Shown here: positions 20,301-28,545 of the stretch, piece after piece | How the letters are laid out: each line of letters opens with the position of its first letter | Numbering within the stretch: the stretch's first letter is position 1 | Assembly: GCA_049968235.1 (NCBI GenBank) | Contig: JBMFRC010000001.1 | Coordinates: forward strand, 256,001 to 320,000 | Direction of reading: 5' to 3' | Source: Candidatus Hydrogenedens sp. | GTDB taxonomy: Bacteria; Hydrogenedentota; Hydrogenedentia; Hydrogenedentales; Hydrogenedentaceae | Length of the DNA stretch: 64,000 bases | Position numbers and translations under genes: made by a program | The notes under the pieces: model-generated | The model's input: only the letters and a program-made list of their open reading frames with translations | What the model was told of the DNA's origin: nothing | Database searches by the model: none

Positions 20301-22769
20301 GCCTTCAAACCCACCATATATCTGAACATTACTTTCTAAAATCAGGGAACCATCTACATTTGCAGGCCCGCCCCATGGAATTGTTCTCAATTCATTATAC
20401 ACATATCCACCGCCATTTGGACCGCCCGCGACCCAGACTTCACCCGCTCCGTCTGCTGCAGCCGCATCTATTCCTTCTTGAATCGTCGCAAATGCAGTCT
20501 CCCAGGTCAAACCATTCGCAACACCGCCCGGTCTCGGTGCCATCTTATCTACACGATATACTGAACCCGTAGGCAAACCGACACCTAAATATACTTCCGA
20601 AGTATATACAAATGAGCCATAAGTTGCTGAGGAAATCTTGCACCGATACCAGCCCGTATCCGTCGGCTGAGCATTGGTTATCGGTAATGACACGGGTCCC
20701 GGACCGGGGATAACTGGACCAATGGCAACTCTGCCTTTCTCCCACTGGAACCGTAAATCTGCACCACCACCCGGTGATATATCGCCATCGCAGGTGAACA
20801 CATGACTATCGCCAATATCAATCATTGCACCTGACGGCTGTAAGGTTACGACTGGCGTGGGCGTGTTTACCTGAACACCCGCCGTACCAGTCGTTATAGA
20901 GTTACCAAATGTAACTGAGGTAATAACACATCGATACAAGCCTGCATCATTTGACGTCGCGGAACTCACATTATAGACATTATTACTATCACCATCAGAT
21001 ACATTCTCCCAGTTACTTCCGCTGAATGTTCTATCTATCTGCCATTGATAACTTAATGTCCCGCTATTTTGCGTCGCATTGCAGGTAATTGAAAATGGAT
21101 TCAACGCGGTAATTGGTGGAGTTGGGTTTACTGTCGGCTGTTGTGTTATGGTAATTGGCGGAGCCTGAACCACCACTTCTACCGTATTGGAATACATAGA
21201 AGCCTTAGTATACGGGTCCGCAATCAGGCAACGGAAGTACCTGGAGCCAATCCAGTCCACCGGATCGATTACCAATACACGCACATTTCCGCCACTCACC
21301 GGCGTAGTCACATTATCCGGGGTGCTACCATAATACCATTGATAATTGAACCGTGGCGTAGAAGGCGGTAAATTATTCGGTGTCCAGATAGTGCCATCAC
21401 CGTTATCCACTGCCACGCTTAATGTCCAGCTATCCTGACCCCAGGTCAACGGCGGACTGGTGCGACCAACTGGCTGGGTCTCCAACCATAATGTGCTCGG
21501 GAAGATGTTTTCACGCAATGCCCATTCCGCTACACCCTGGGCTATAGTCGCATAAACATTGTTCGAATTGAATGTATCAGAATAAGTCAAAAAGTTCGTC
21601 CTGCCATCACCGTTCAAATTACCCGTTGATGGAGCCACCGCTAAATAACTCGTCTGTGGCTGGAACTGGCTCGCCACAACATTGTTATTCGCAAAGTTTC
21701 TAATTGAATTACATACATCACCCTCCAATATGGTCACATGAAGGTCAATAGTACCAATAGGTGAATTCACAGGAACCGTGAAGTCCACCGTCGACGTATT
21801 CCCCCACGGATTGCACACAGTCTTTGACTCCGGCTCCGGTGCATATAATTCAGGATTAGCACCTATAACTATATTCTCAGGAGGAATAGAAGTTAACATT
21901 TTAACAAACTTAGGGTCTTCCATCCCTTTCGTCATATTGCGGATAATATCATCTAACAAATCATTAATAATAATTTGTATCATCTTTCCATACCAGGAAT
22001 ACCAATAATCCATAGCCTTCTGGTCGCCTAAGGTCATATATGCAGCAGTAAAATTAATTAGTGCATCATCCAATCTCGGGTCCGCATCCTCTGCTAAGGG
22101 ACCACCTTTCTCATTTTTCAAAAAAGAAGGCACATCAAAACTTACATCCTGAGATATTAAACATCCCAAACCCGCTTTTAATGTTAGCGTCATTGTTGTA
22201 TTTGTAGTTAAATTTACAGTTTTATCATTGCCACAGCCTGCTATATCTGCACGAAGCCGAACTTGTTGTATGGTAAGTTCTGTATTGCGTGCACGCGTGA
22301 TGTTATTCTGGAAAGCAGTGCGGATAGCATTAACGGTTCCAGAGGGTAAGTTTGTGTTTCTGTTCGGGTCGAGCACCGCATCAAGCAATGCAAAATACCG
22401 CGAATCCACTAACTTAAAACCAGTGCCCTTTGGCGTATAGGACCAAGCACCACTTGGACCAATATTCGTAGTTCCGTGGTCGCTCCTACCATCTGAACCA
22501 TCCCAATACGGACCATCCTGTCCCGTCACCTGACGCCAGTACGCGCTGTTAGCACCAGCACAGTCCTGCGTCCATTGCGGACACAAGCCTAACGACACAA
22601 GCATGTCGTCTATGATATTGTCCATTTCACTTGCCATTTGTTCTAAACTGTTCCAATACTCCGTCCCGTTGTAATACATATACGGGTGCGCCTGTGCCGG
22701 CATGCTTACAAACATAAAAACAAATAACGCCAGCACACACAAGGTTGGGATAAATAATTTTTTACTCAC
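17301..22769 (-). CDS. Giant secreted surface protein (1822 aa) with Ig-like repeats, Pmp-like parallel beta-helix repeats and a C-terminal hydrophobic anchor
   Basis: GTG start with SD GAGAAGGG, then signal peptide MSKKLFIPTLCVLALFVFMFVSMPAQA. Multiple Ig-like repeats (..YRCVISDD.., ..WYRCKISS..). The central region has GGAI/GGGAI and FxxN motifs (FYDN, FYNN, FVGN, FWQN) typical of chlamydial Pmp-type beta-helix repeats. HYR-like NITVDLDETxxxxI repeats are present. The C-terminus is GSGIPVAGAVSIALVSALSALAGVFTLRRRQR. Confidence 0.7.
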   Translation of the reverse strand: MSKKLFIPTLCVLALFVFMFVSMPAQAHPYMYYNGTEYWNSLEQMASEMDNIIDDMLVSLGLCPQWTQDCAGANSAYWRQVTGQDGPYWDGSDGRSDHGTTNIGPSGAWSYTPKGTGFKLVDSRYFALLDAVLDPNRNTNLPSGTVNAIRTAFQNNITRARNTELTIQQVRLRADIAGCGNDKTVNLTTNTTMTLTLKAGLGCLISQDVSFDVPSFLKNEKGGPLAEDADPRLDDALINFTAAYMTLGDQKAMDYWYSWYGKMIQIIINDLLDDIIRNMTKGMEDPKFVKMLTSIPPENIVIGANPELYAPEPESKTVCNPWGNTSTVDFTVPVNSPIGTIDLHVTILEGDVCNSIRNFANNNVVASQFQPQTSYLAVAPSTGNLNGDGRTNFLTYSDTFNSNNVYATIAQGVAEWALRENIFPSTLWLETQPVGRTSPPLTWGQDSWTLSVAVDNGDGTIWTPNNLPPSTPRFNYQWYYGSTPDNVTTPVSGGNVRVLVIDPVDWIGSRYFRCLIADPYTKASMYSNTVEVVVQAPPITITQQPTVNPTPPITALNPFSITCNATQNSGTLSYQWQIDRTFSGSNWENVSDGDSNNVYNVSSATSNDAGLYRCVITSVTFGNSITTGTAGVQVNTPTPVVTLQPSGAMIDIGDSHVFTCDGDISPGGGADLRFQWEKGRVAIGPVIPGPGPVSLPITNAQPTDTGWYRCKISSATYGSFVYTSEVYLGVGLPTGSVYRVDKMAPRPGGVANGLTWETAFATIQEGIDAAAADGAGEVWVAGGPNGGGYVYNELRTIPWGGPANVDGSLILESNVQIYGGFEGYWGMQEDIRAKRAVRNVVTIIDGSVSRGGSPAYHVIVVGSSTQPAVNVRIDGFDIRGGRASGVAGDYHTWRGAGLYNWISQPVIANCTFYDNIAAVSGGAISNESYGGSSANATIINCVFYNNRANRLLDSAGNPMRGGGAIFNNMADPTIKFSTFVGNTVDNTTGGLYGLTSSAIFNYNTTGSGQVHSSIFWQNVPGCIETFCPASNPSCAGLQILESDTSQTVDPLFNNVFPPPTFKLTNASPFVDASTLTSPNYDIQGVSRPQDSASDRGAYELVKQPMNLVCKNISVDLDETGNQIIPANSLLDIANSTVPGGIWKIVVSGQENVNLTCGDRPSTQRTVTVIDYAGSQGTCDATITVNDVTNPTAVCANITVYLNSSGQYTLTASELDGGSTDNCGPLSLSIPPTTYTCANIGQNQVLLTVTDGANLQNTCLATVMVEDNLPPTVVTKNITVDLDETNQATIVPADVDNGTTDNCSIDHLELDRTTFTCADRLTPQTVNLTAYDVNGNQASATAQVTVRDVTPPEIQLRGASYVLLVANIDCYVEEGAFWTDNCDGTGEAVVGGDAVPSNCPLLPSDAGEYVVTYDYTDLNGNVAEQKTRVVKIIVNQPPEITLLGDNPMSIDCKEEYVEPGYVAQDPEDGDLTEEVIVTSTLNIAEPGTYQIEYKVIDHDPENPQTTIVYRTVEVVDNDLPVVTLQGANPLPWKLGTPWVEPGYTADDPCWGGVTVLTEIVGTVDVNTSGMYVITYTPKDYSGHTGTPVERTVYVGEYLQYVAQPQNADAYVDSSAFDLRATISGGIFIPGYDTYEWKRNGSVVDSGSVEFGENTFILTVDPATLTPGTYMYQVEITDLVNTHVSSQARVRIANHISITGDISNAEVVPGDNFSMSVTAQGGIGTLHYQWQKSDGEGGKAWVNLTNGGNISGATSNTLVFTPFNEEDVGQYRCVISDDLTDVIYSSVATLTKGSGIPVAGAVSIALVSALSALAGVFTLRRRQR

Positions 22770-23608
22770 GGCTTGAACCCTTCTCGTTAAAGGTTAAAAA
22801 TTATTAAATTATTATTAAAATCTAAAACATAATCAAGATGCGATAAATTACATCTTAATTGCAATTGCAACATTGAAAAATAATATGTTTTTGATACGAA
22901 GAAAGTCAAATATCGTTAACCTTTTTTTTATTCGTTTCGTTAATATTCAATTTAACTGCAGCCTCATCATATATATTGTTGTATATATACACTTCATTAT
23001 AACATCATATTATAATATACACTAAAAAAAGGAAAAAGTCAAGTCTAAAATATATTTTTTTTGGTTTTTAGCATATCCATTTTTCTAATTTATTGCATAA
23101 CAAGAATATATTAAAAGACCGATTATTCTATCCCTTAAATTAATATCTCCATGTCCTCCGTGGAGAAAAAAACATAATCAACCACAGTAACCACAGAGAA
23201 ATCATTACTCACTGCTCAACAATGCATAAAATAGTAAAGACGGAAGTTACTACTCTCCCCAGTTTGACTTATACCATCCCATCTACTCATCTACATTCCA
23301 ATTTCTTCCACAGGATTATCTCTTGCATCACTCTCAATCATTTCTCTTATCATGTCGGTTTCTGTTATGACTCTGCATAATTTAAAAACTCACCTGCTTT
23401 ACCTCTTTCATCATATTGCACATTTATCTTTCTCCTTACCGGGTAATTCACCTATTCCTTTTGTATAATATATACATTCTTCGTTTCATTTTTTTCTTTT
23501 TACTCTTCCTGTATATAATCTTTCATATACTATTTATTTTATCGTATATTTTTTTACTCAGAGGGTTTATATAATAATTTAAACCAATGAAGAAAGAGGC
23601 ATTTGAAC

Positions 23609-25672
23609 ATGCAAAGGATAAATCCATCTGAATACATAATTACACCGGGACGTCCGTATCCGTTTGGTGCTATTGTTTCAAATGATGGTGTTCGATTCAC
23701 TATTTTTTCAAGGCATGCAAAGCGAGTATGGCTGGCTCTATTTGAAGATGTTGAGGACAAACATCCTGTGTGGGAATTTGAATTTGACCCGAAACGGCAT
23801 CGAATTGGAGATGTCTGGTCTGTTTTTATCAGAGGAATCCCTACGGAAGGCACTTTATATATGTATCGGATGGATGGACCCTATGACCCGCGTTCTGGGC
23901 ATCGTTTTAACCCTTCGATTTATTTGCTTGACCCTTATGGTAAAGCGTTTATTGGGGATGTTGATAAAGGGACCATGAAGACGGTAGTTGTTCCAGATGA
24001 GATGGATTGGGAACCGGAACGACCTTCTCATCTTCCCATGAATGAATTGATAATTTACGAGACGCATGTTCGTGGTTTTACAATAAATTCTCCTGAAGTA
24101 AAAAAGCCCGGTACATATCGGGGGCTTGTAGAAAAAATCCCCTATTTAAAGGAACTGGGCGTGAATGCGGTTGAATTATTGCCCATTCAAGAATTTGGAG
24201 AGCGACGGATTGGTAGATGTAGCCTGATTACAATGGAGGAATTGATTAATTATTGGGGATATAGCAATATTGGTTTTTTTGCACCGACACATTGTTATGC
24301 GGTAAATCCTATCCGATATGAACACCTATCGGAATTTCGTCGTATGGTAGAAGCCTTACATCGTTCTGGGATAGAGATTATTCTTGATGTTGTTTTTAAT
24401 CATACATCGGAAGGGAATGAATTGGGACCTACCCTTTCTTTTCGCGGCATAGATAATACTATCTATTACTTTTTAGACAAAGATGGTCGTTATCTGAATT
24501 ATTCTGGTTGTGGTAATACATTAAATTGTGACCATCCGATTGTCAGGGATTTCATTCTGGATTGCCTTCGTTATTGGGTAGCGGTAATGCATATTGATGG
24601 TTTTCGTTTCGACCTCGCATCTATATTGGGCAGGGATGAGGAAGGGAATGTTCACCCGGATGCCCCGTTGATTGAGCGAATCGCAGAGGACCCGGTTCTA
24701 CGCCATGTAAAACTGATAGCGGAGGCATGGGATGCAAGTGGTGCTTATCATGTAGGCTCCTTTGGAGGATTACGATGGGCGGAATGGAACGGTAAATATC
24801 GTGACGATGTGCGTAGATACTGGAGAAATGACCCCGGCATGCTTCCTACTTTCGCAACGCGCATTGCAGGTAGTTCCGACTTATACCAATGGGGTGGTCG
24901 TTCACCTTCGCATAGTATAAACCTGATTACCTGTCATGATGGTTTTACTCTTCACGACCTGGTTACCTATTCTTGCAAACATAATGAAGCCAACGGAGAA
25001 AATAATCGGGATGGAATGGATGAAAATTTTAGTTGCAATTACGGTATCGAAGGGGAAACAGATGACCCCGAAATAAATAAAATCCGAACACAGATGAAGA
25101 AGAATTTTTTGGCAACATTATTTATTTCCTTAGGTGTTCCGATGCTTCTGGGCGGAGATGAGTTTGGTAGAACGCAAAATGGGAATAATAATGCCTATTG
25201 TCAGGATAATAAAATATCCTGGTATGACTGGGATTTATTCCAGAAAAATTACGATTTGTTCCGCTTCTGTAAAGGAATGATTCAGTTCCGAAAAGAAAAT
25301 CCGGTTTTACAGCGGGCAACCTTTTTCGACGGCATTCCTAAATATGGACAGCAGAAATGGGCTGATATTACATGGTTTAATGCGGAAGGAAATACGGTAA
25401 ATTGGGATGGGGAAGATTCTGTCTTTGGTTGTCGAATTGATTCAGAGGTTAATAATGGCTATGCCTTGTTCTTTATCTTTAATAACACACCTTATGAACG
25501 CTCATTTTTAGTAACAGCAGAACCATGGCGTATCCGTGTGAACACCGCAGAACCTTCACCCCGGGATTATTATGAACGGCACCAAACCCGCATACTTACA
25601 GAACGGATAATTACTGTTCGTCCTCGTTCTATGATTATTCTCGAATCAAAAAGTACCTCTTCAAATCAATAA
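23609..25672 (+). CDS. glgX: Glycogen debranching enzyme GlgX (GH13 isoamylase-type)
   Basis: N-terminal CBM48-like region, GH13 catalytic signatures (DVVFNHT, GFRFDLA, EAWD, LITCHDGFTL) and typical length. ATG at 23609 with SD AAGAAAGAGG upstream; the ORF track starts at the TTG at 23603. Confidence 0.85.
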   Translation: MQRINPSEYIITPGRPYPFGAIVSNDGVRFTIFSRHAKRVWLALFEDVEDKHPVWEFEFDPKRHRIGDVWSVFIRGIPTEGTLYMYRMDGPYDPRSGHRFNPSIYLLDPYGKAFIGDVDKGTMKTVVVPDEMDWEPERPSHLPMNELIIYETHVRGFTINSPEVKKPGTYRGLVEKIPYLKELGVNAVELLPIQEFGERRIGRCSLITMEELINYWGYSNIGFFAPTHCYAVNPIRYEHLSEFRRMVEALHRSGIEIILDVVFNHTSEGNELGPTLSFRGIDNTIYYFLDKDGRYLNYSGCGNTLNCDHPIVRDFILDCLRYWVAVMHIDGFRFDLASILGRDEEGNVHPDAPLIERIAEDPVLRHVKLIAEAWDASGAYHVGSFGGLRWAEWNGKYRDDVRRYWRNDPGMLPTFATRIAGSSDLYQWGGRSPSHSINLITCHDGFTLHDLVTYSCKHNEANGENNRDGMDENFSCNYGIEGETDDPEINKIRTQMKKNFLATLFISLGVPMLLGGDEFGRTQNGNNNAYCQDNKISWYDWDLFQKNYDLFRFCKGMIQFRKENPVLQRATFFDGIPKYGQQKWADITWFNAEGNTVNWDGEDSVFGCRIDSEVNNGYALFFIFNNTPYERSFLVTAEPWRIRVNTAEPSPRDYYERHQTRILTERIITVRPRSMIILESKSTSSNQ

Positions 25673-25743
25673 CATTTACACAATTCTTCTCATGGAATAA
25701 TTAGCATTGTTCGCCGGAATTAAAGATAAAATGTAGAGGTAAT

Positions 25744-26595
25744 TTATTTCTTATGCTTTTTAACTTGTTTTTTACGGATGGTATCCATTCTTCTTGTTTT
25801 AATAATTTGTATCGCAATAATTCCTGAAATAAATATTAGAACAAAAATCAAAACAAGGATAATCTTTATCCCTTTCGCATTAGAAGAGGTCGTTTCTTCA
25901 ATAGGCGGTGAAGCAGGGGAACTATGGTTTGAATCTGAGGAAGTGTTATTGCCCGGAAAAAGAATTTCTCCGGGAAGGACATTACAATTGACAGCGTTCC
26001 CTTCCGGGTCTGCAAGAACAGTATTAGAAAGTTTGACAAGTTGCCTGCCCGCAAGCGTGCTGTCTTCTATTGTAATGCTAACAAAAAGGATAGTTCCTTC
26101 GGGTATAGATTGTTGATTAAGTCCTGCTATGATAGTTCGGTAGGTCTGATTTTTGATCTGGTTATAAGATACCATTTTGTTAGATTTCTTTGCAGATTCC
26201 GCCACGGACATGTTTGTAATTTTTGTCCCTGCGGGAATAATAATATCGAATTGTATGCCCGAAATGCGTTCAGAGGGTTCTATTTTCAGGTCAATAGGCA
26301 AGAGAATATCCCTCTGTCCCTGCTCACACTTGACTTTTAGTGGACATAATGTTGCGGGATAGGCAAAAAGGGGAAATATAAAACCCGTCAAAAGAAGGAT
26401 AAGTATCTTAGAAAATAGACTATTTTGTTTCCTTTTATCTATTTCTTTCTTAAATAGAATTTCTGTTCCTTTATCACAGCAGATACAGTGGTCAGGGTTA
26501 TTAATAATGTGATAGTTATGGATACGAAAATTAGTAATGAATAGTCTGTTGGTAATATATTTTCTTTTGCAATATTTGTCTCTATCGTTGTACAT
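25744..26595 (-). CDS. Cohesin-like domain protein with N-terminal TM/signal anchor and C-terminal TM anchor
   Basis: Cohesin-like segment ISGIQFDIIIPAGTKI...YRTIIAGLNQQSIPEGTILFVSITI, a Ser-rich linker, then a C-terminal TM helix with KK-rich tail. The start is uncertain because the ORF overlaps the upstream gene by 157 nt. Confidence 0.5.
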   Translation of the reverse strand: MYNDRDKYCKRKYITNRLFITNFRIHNYHIINNPDHCICCDKGTEILFKKEIDKRKQNSLFSKILILLLTGFIFPLFAYPATLCPLKVKCEQGQRDILLPIDLKIEPSERISGIQFDIIIPAGTKITNMSVAESAKKSNKMVSYNQIKNQTYRTIIAGLNQQSIPEGTILFVSITIEDSTLAGRQLVKLSNTVLADPEGNAVNCNVLPGEILFPGNNTSSDSNHSSPASPPIEETTSSNAKGIKIILVLIFVLIFISGIIAIQIIKTRRMDTIRKKQVKKHKK

Positions 26596-27743
26596 TCGTT
26601 GCTCCTTCCCCTGGTTGGAGATATATTGGATATATTTAGAGCAAAATAAGGATTTTGTAAGGTTTTGTTTGTATCATCAAGGGAAACTATGCGTATATCT
26701 GAATTATTTTCGGTAGTAGCGTTCATAGTAGGCAATGAAGATTTCTCCACAGTTTTTGTGAACGGAGATGGATGCGTCCCAGCAGTCCTACCTATAGGAG
26801 TTGGATTCAAATTTTCATTTTGAGGAACTTTGTTCTCAGTAATCAGGATAGTTCTATCATCAGGTATATATTGCTTTGCCCAAAAGTTACTTTTTTCGGG
26901 AATAGGCATAAGTTTCGGTGCATTCACATTATGTTTTTTATTTTCTACTTTCCTGCTATGTAAGAATGTATCTTCATTGTGGATATAGGGATTGCTTATG
27001 TTCGTTACAAAACCTGAAGAAGAGGTTGATGAGGATGCTTTTGTAGATGATGATTGAGAATATATGGGTCGGGTTTCCGTATTTGCTACTCTTTGGATAA
27101 CGGGTTTTACCTCTGTATTCATATCAGTAATATTTGTGTTTACATCGGATTGATTGTCTATTTGATGGTTCATTTCTGTTCCGGTAGAAGTGGTGGAATT
27201 ATTTGTATCGGAAGGAGGGATTTCTTCTGCAGGATTGTTATCTGTTGAAGTTTCTGAACCTTGACTACTGTTAACAGTTGCGGATACAGGTTGTGCCTGT
27301 GGAGAGGAAAGTTTTACCTGTAAGATATTAAATCCTGGTCCATTTGTCCCCTCTGACAGAGCATTAAACTGCACTGTGAATAATTCTCCACTGGGAATTG
27401 GATGGTTATTCAATCCGATGATAAGAACTCGCAAAAGACCATACATTTTCGCAACTTGTAATTGTTTACTACTTGCCCATAAAGTGTCTCCCGGGAATGC
27501 AGATACAAATTCCCAATTCTGGGCATCATATCCACATTCCAATTGGATTCCACTTACTTCTTCTTCAGGCAAGACTGATAAAAATACATGAACAACGACC
27601 ATCGTTTCTCTTTGTTCCAGACTTGTGTCTAACATTGCAGGGAAAGATGAAATGTGTAAAAGCAAACATACTGCAAAGGGCAAAAAGAAACTCTTTTGCC
27701 TCATTTTAATAGATGATGTATATTTTCGCAATATGTTGCCCAC
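26439..27743 (-). CDS. Cohesin-like domain protein with long S/T/N-rich linker and C-terminal TM anchor
   Basis: Signal peptide (MRQKSFFLPFAVCLLLHISSFPA), cohesin-like segment VSGIQLECGYDAQNWEFVSAFPGD...LLRVLIIGLNNHPIPSGELFTVQFNA, about 250 aa of low-complexity S/T/N linker, then a C-terminal TM helix and KK tail. Confidence 0.5.
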   Translation of the reverse strand: MGNILRKYTSSIKMRQKSFFLPFAVCLLLHISSFPAMLDTSLEQRETMVVVHVFLSVLPEEEVSGIQLECGYDAQNWEFVSAFPGDTLWASSKQLQVAKMYGLLRVLIIGLNNHPIPSGELFTVQFNALSEGTNGPGFNILQVKLSSPQAQPVSATVNSSQGSETSTDNNPAEEIPPSDTNNSTTSTGTEMNHQIDNQSDVNTNITDMNTEVKPVIQRVANTETRPIYSQSSSTKASSSTSSSGFVTNISNPYIHNEDTFLHSRKVENKKHNVNAPKLMPIPEKSNFWAKQYIPDDRTILITENKVPQNENLNPTPIGRTAGTHPSPFTKTVEKSSLPTMNATTENNSDIRIVSLDDTNKTLQNPYFALNISNISPTRGRSNECTTIETNIAKENILPTDYSLLIFVSITITLLITLTTVSAVIKEQKFYLRKK

Positions 27744-27753
27744 AATATTTTCC

Positions 27754-28542
27754 CTATGTTGGACCTAAGGCAAACCCATCCTCCGTGCCAACTTCAGGAT
27801 GATAGGAACCATAGTTAAAAATTTGTATAAGTCGTAAGATTTCATATAACTGAATTTTCCAATCAGGACTTCCATAATAATCGCTATTGTGTGGAGAACA
27901 AGTTTGATTCTTACTCGTTACGCTGTATCCATCCTCCGTATCACACGAACAGTAGTATTCTTTAGAATTGTAGAATTGGATTACACGCAATAATTCGGTT
28001 AATGAAATAATCCAATCACGATTCGAGTCTGCACTGTGAAAAACACTCCTTTGAACGGTCAAATTCCCATTGATTAGAGAGACGGGAACAGAAGTTCCGA
28101 TAGGACTGGATAATATCGCACGACTTAATGAAACATCATAAATCCCCGCGGGAGTAGATGCACATACCTGTAAGGTTATCTGAGCAATACTCCCGCTGGG
28201 GATAATATTCTGGTTAAGTCCTGCAATGATAACTCGAGCCTGACCAGGAGTTACAATATTGTATTGCACCTGTTTTTGAGCCGAATTAGATGACGCACCT
28301 GCAATCACTGTTATTAGTTCACAGATATCAGGATTGTAGAGAATATCAAACTGGATAGCACTTACAGATTCACTACTGGACACGGTAAGCATTGCATTTA
28401 ACACAATTTGAGTTCCACTGTCCGCATACCCGCTTTCAATAGATAATTCTGCGGGATATGCGGAAGAGAAATACGAAAAATATCCGGATATAAATGCCAT
28501 CACAATAATCCTGATACTTCTGTAACTATCCAGTTTTCGCAT
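27754..28542 (-). CDS. Cohesin-like domain protein with C-terminal duplicated dockerin-like repeats (adaptor-like)
   Basis: Signal peptide, then cohesin-like VSAIQFDILYNPDICELITVIAG...ARVIIAGLNQNIIPSGSIAQITLQV, which resembles the CDFVYSYDPNVLEIIEIEPG / ITKDGVFATIV pattern of clostridial cohesins. The C-terminus has two repeats, DSNRDWIISLTELLRVIQFYN and GSPDWKIQLYEILRLIQIFN. Confidence 0.5.
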   Translation of the reverse strand: MRKLDSYRSIRIIVMAFISGYFSYFSSAYPAELSIESGYADSGTQIVLNAMLTVSSSESVSAIQFDILYNPDICELITVIAGASSNSAQKQVQYNIVTPGQARVIIAGLNQNIIPSGSIAQITLQVCASTPAGIYDVSLSRAILSSPIGTSVPVSLINGNLTVQRSVFHSADSNRDWIISLTELLRVIQFYNSKEYYCSCDTEDGYSVTSKNQTCSPHNSDYYGSPDWKIQLYEILRLIQIFNYGSYHPEVGTEDGFALGPT

Positions 28543-28545
28543 AAG

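Noticed and set aside
17466-22440. About 15 plus-strand ORFs of 60-110 aa inside the 1822-aa minus-strand gene, and similar short antisense ORFs inside secA, glgX, the helicase and other long genes.
   Set aside because: They lie antisense within long well-supported genes, have no RBS, have low-complexity His/Arg/Leu-rich translations typical of antisense frames, and match no recognisable family. They are spurious.
23141-23170. Hairpin TCTCCA-N9-TGGAGA followed by an A-run, as a possible terminator.
   Set aside because: Only a 6-bp stem. The A-run follows rather than a T-run on the plus strand, and on the minus strand the T-run precedes the stem. It is not a convincing intrinsic terminator for either neighbouring gene.
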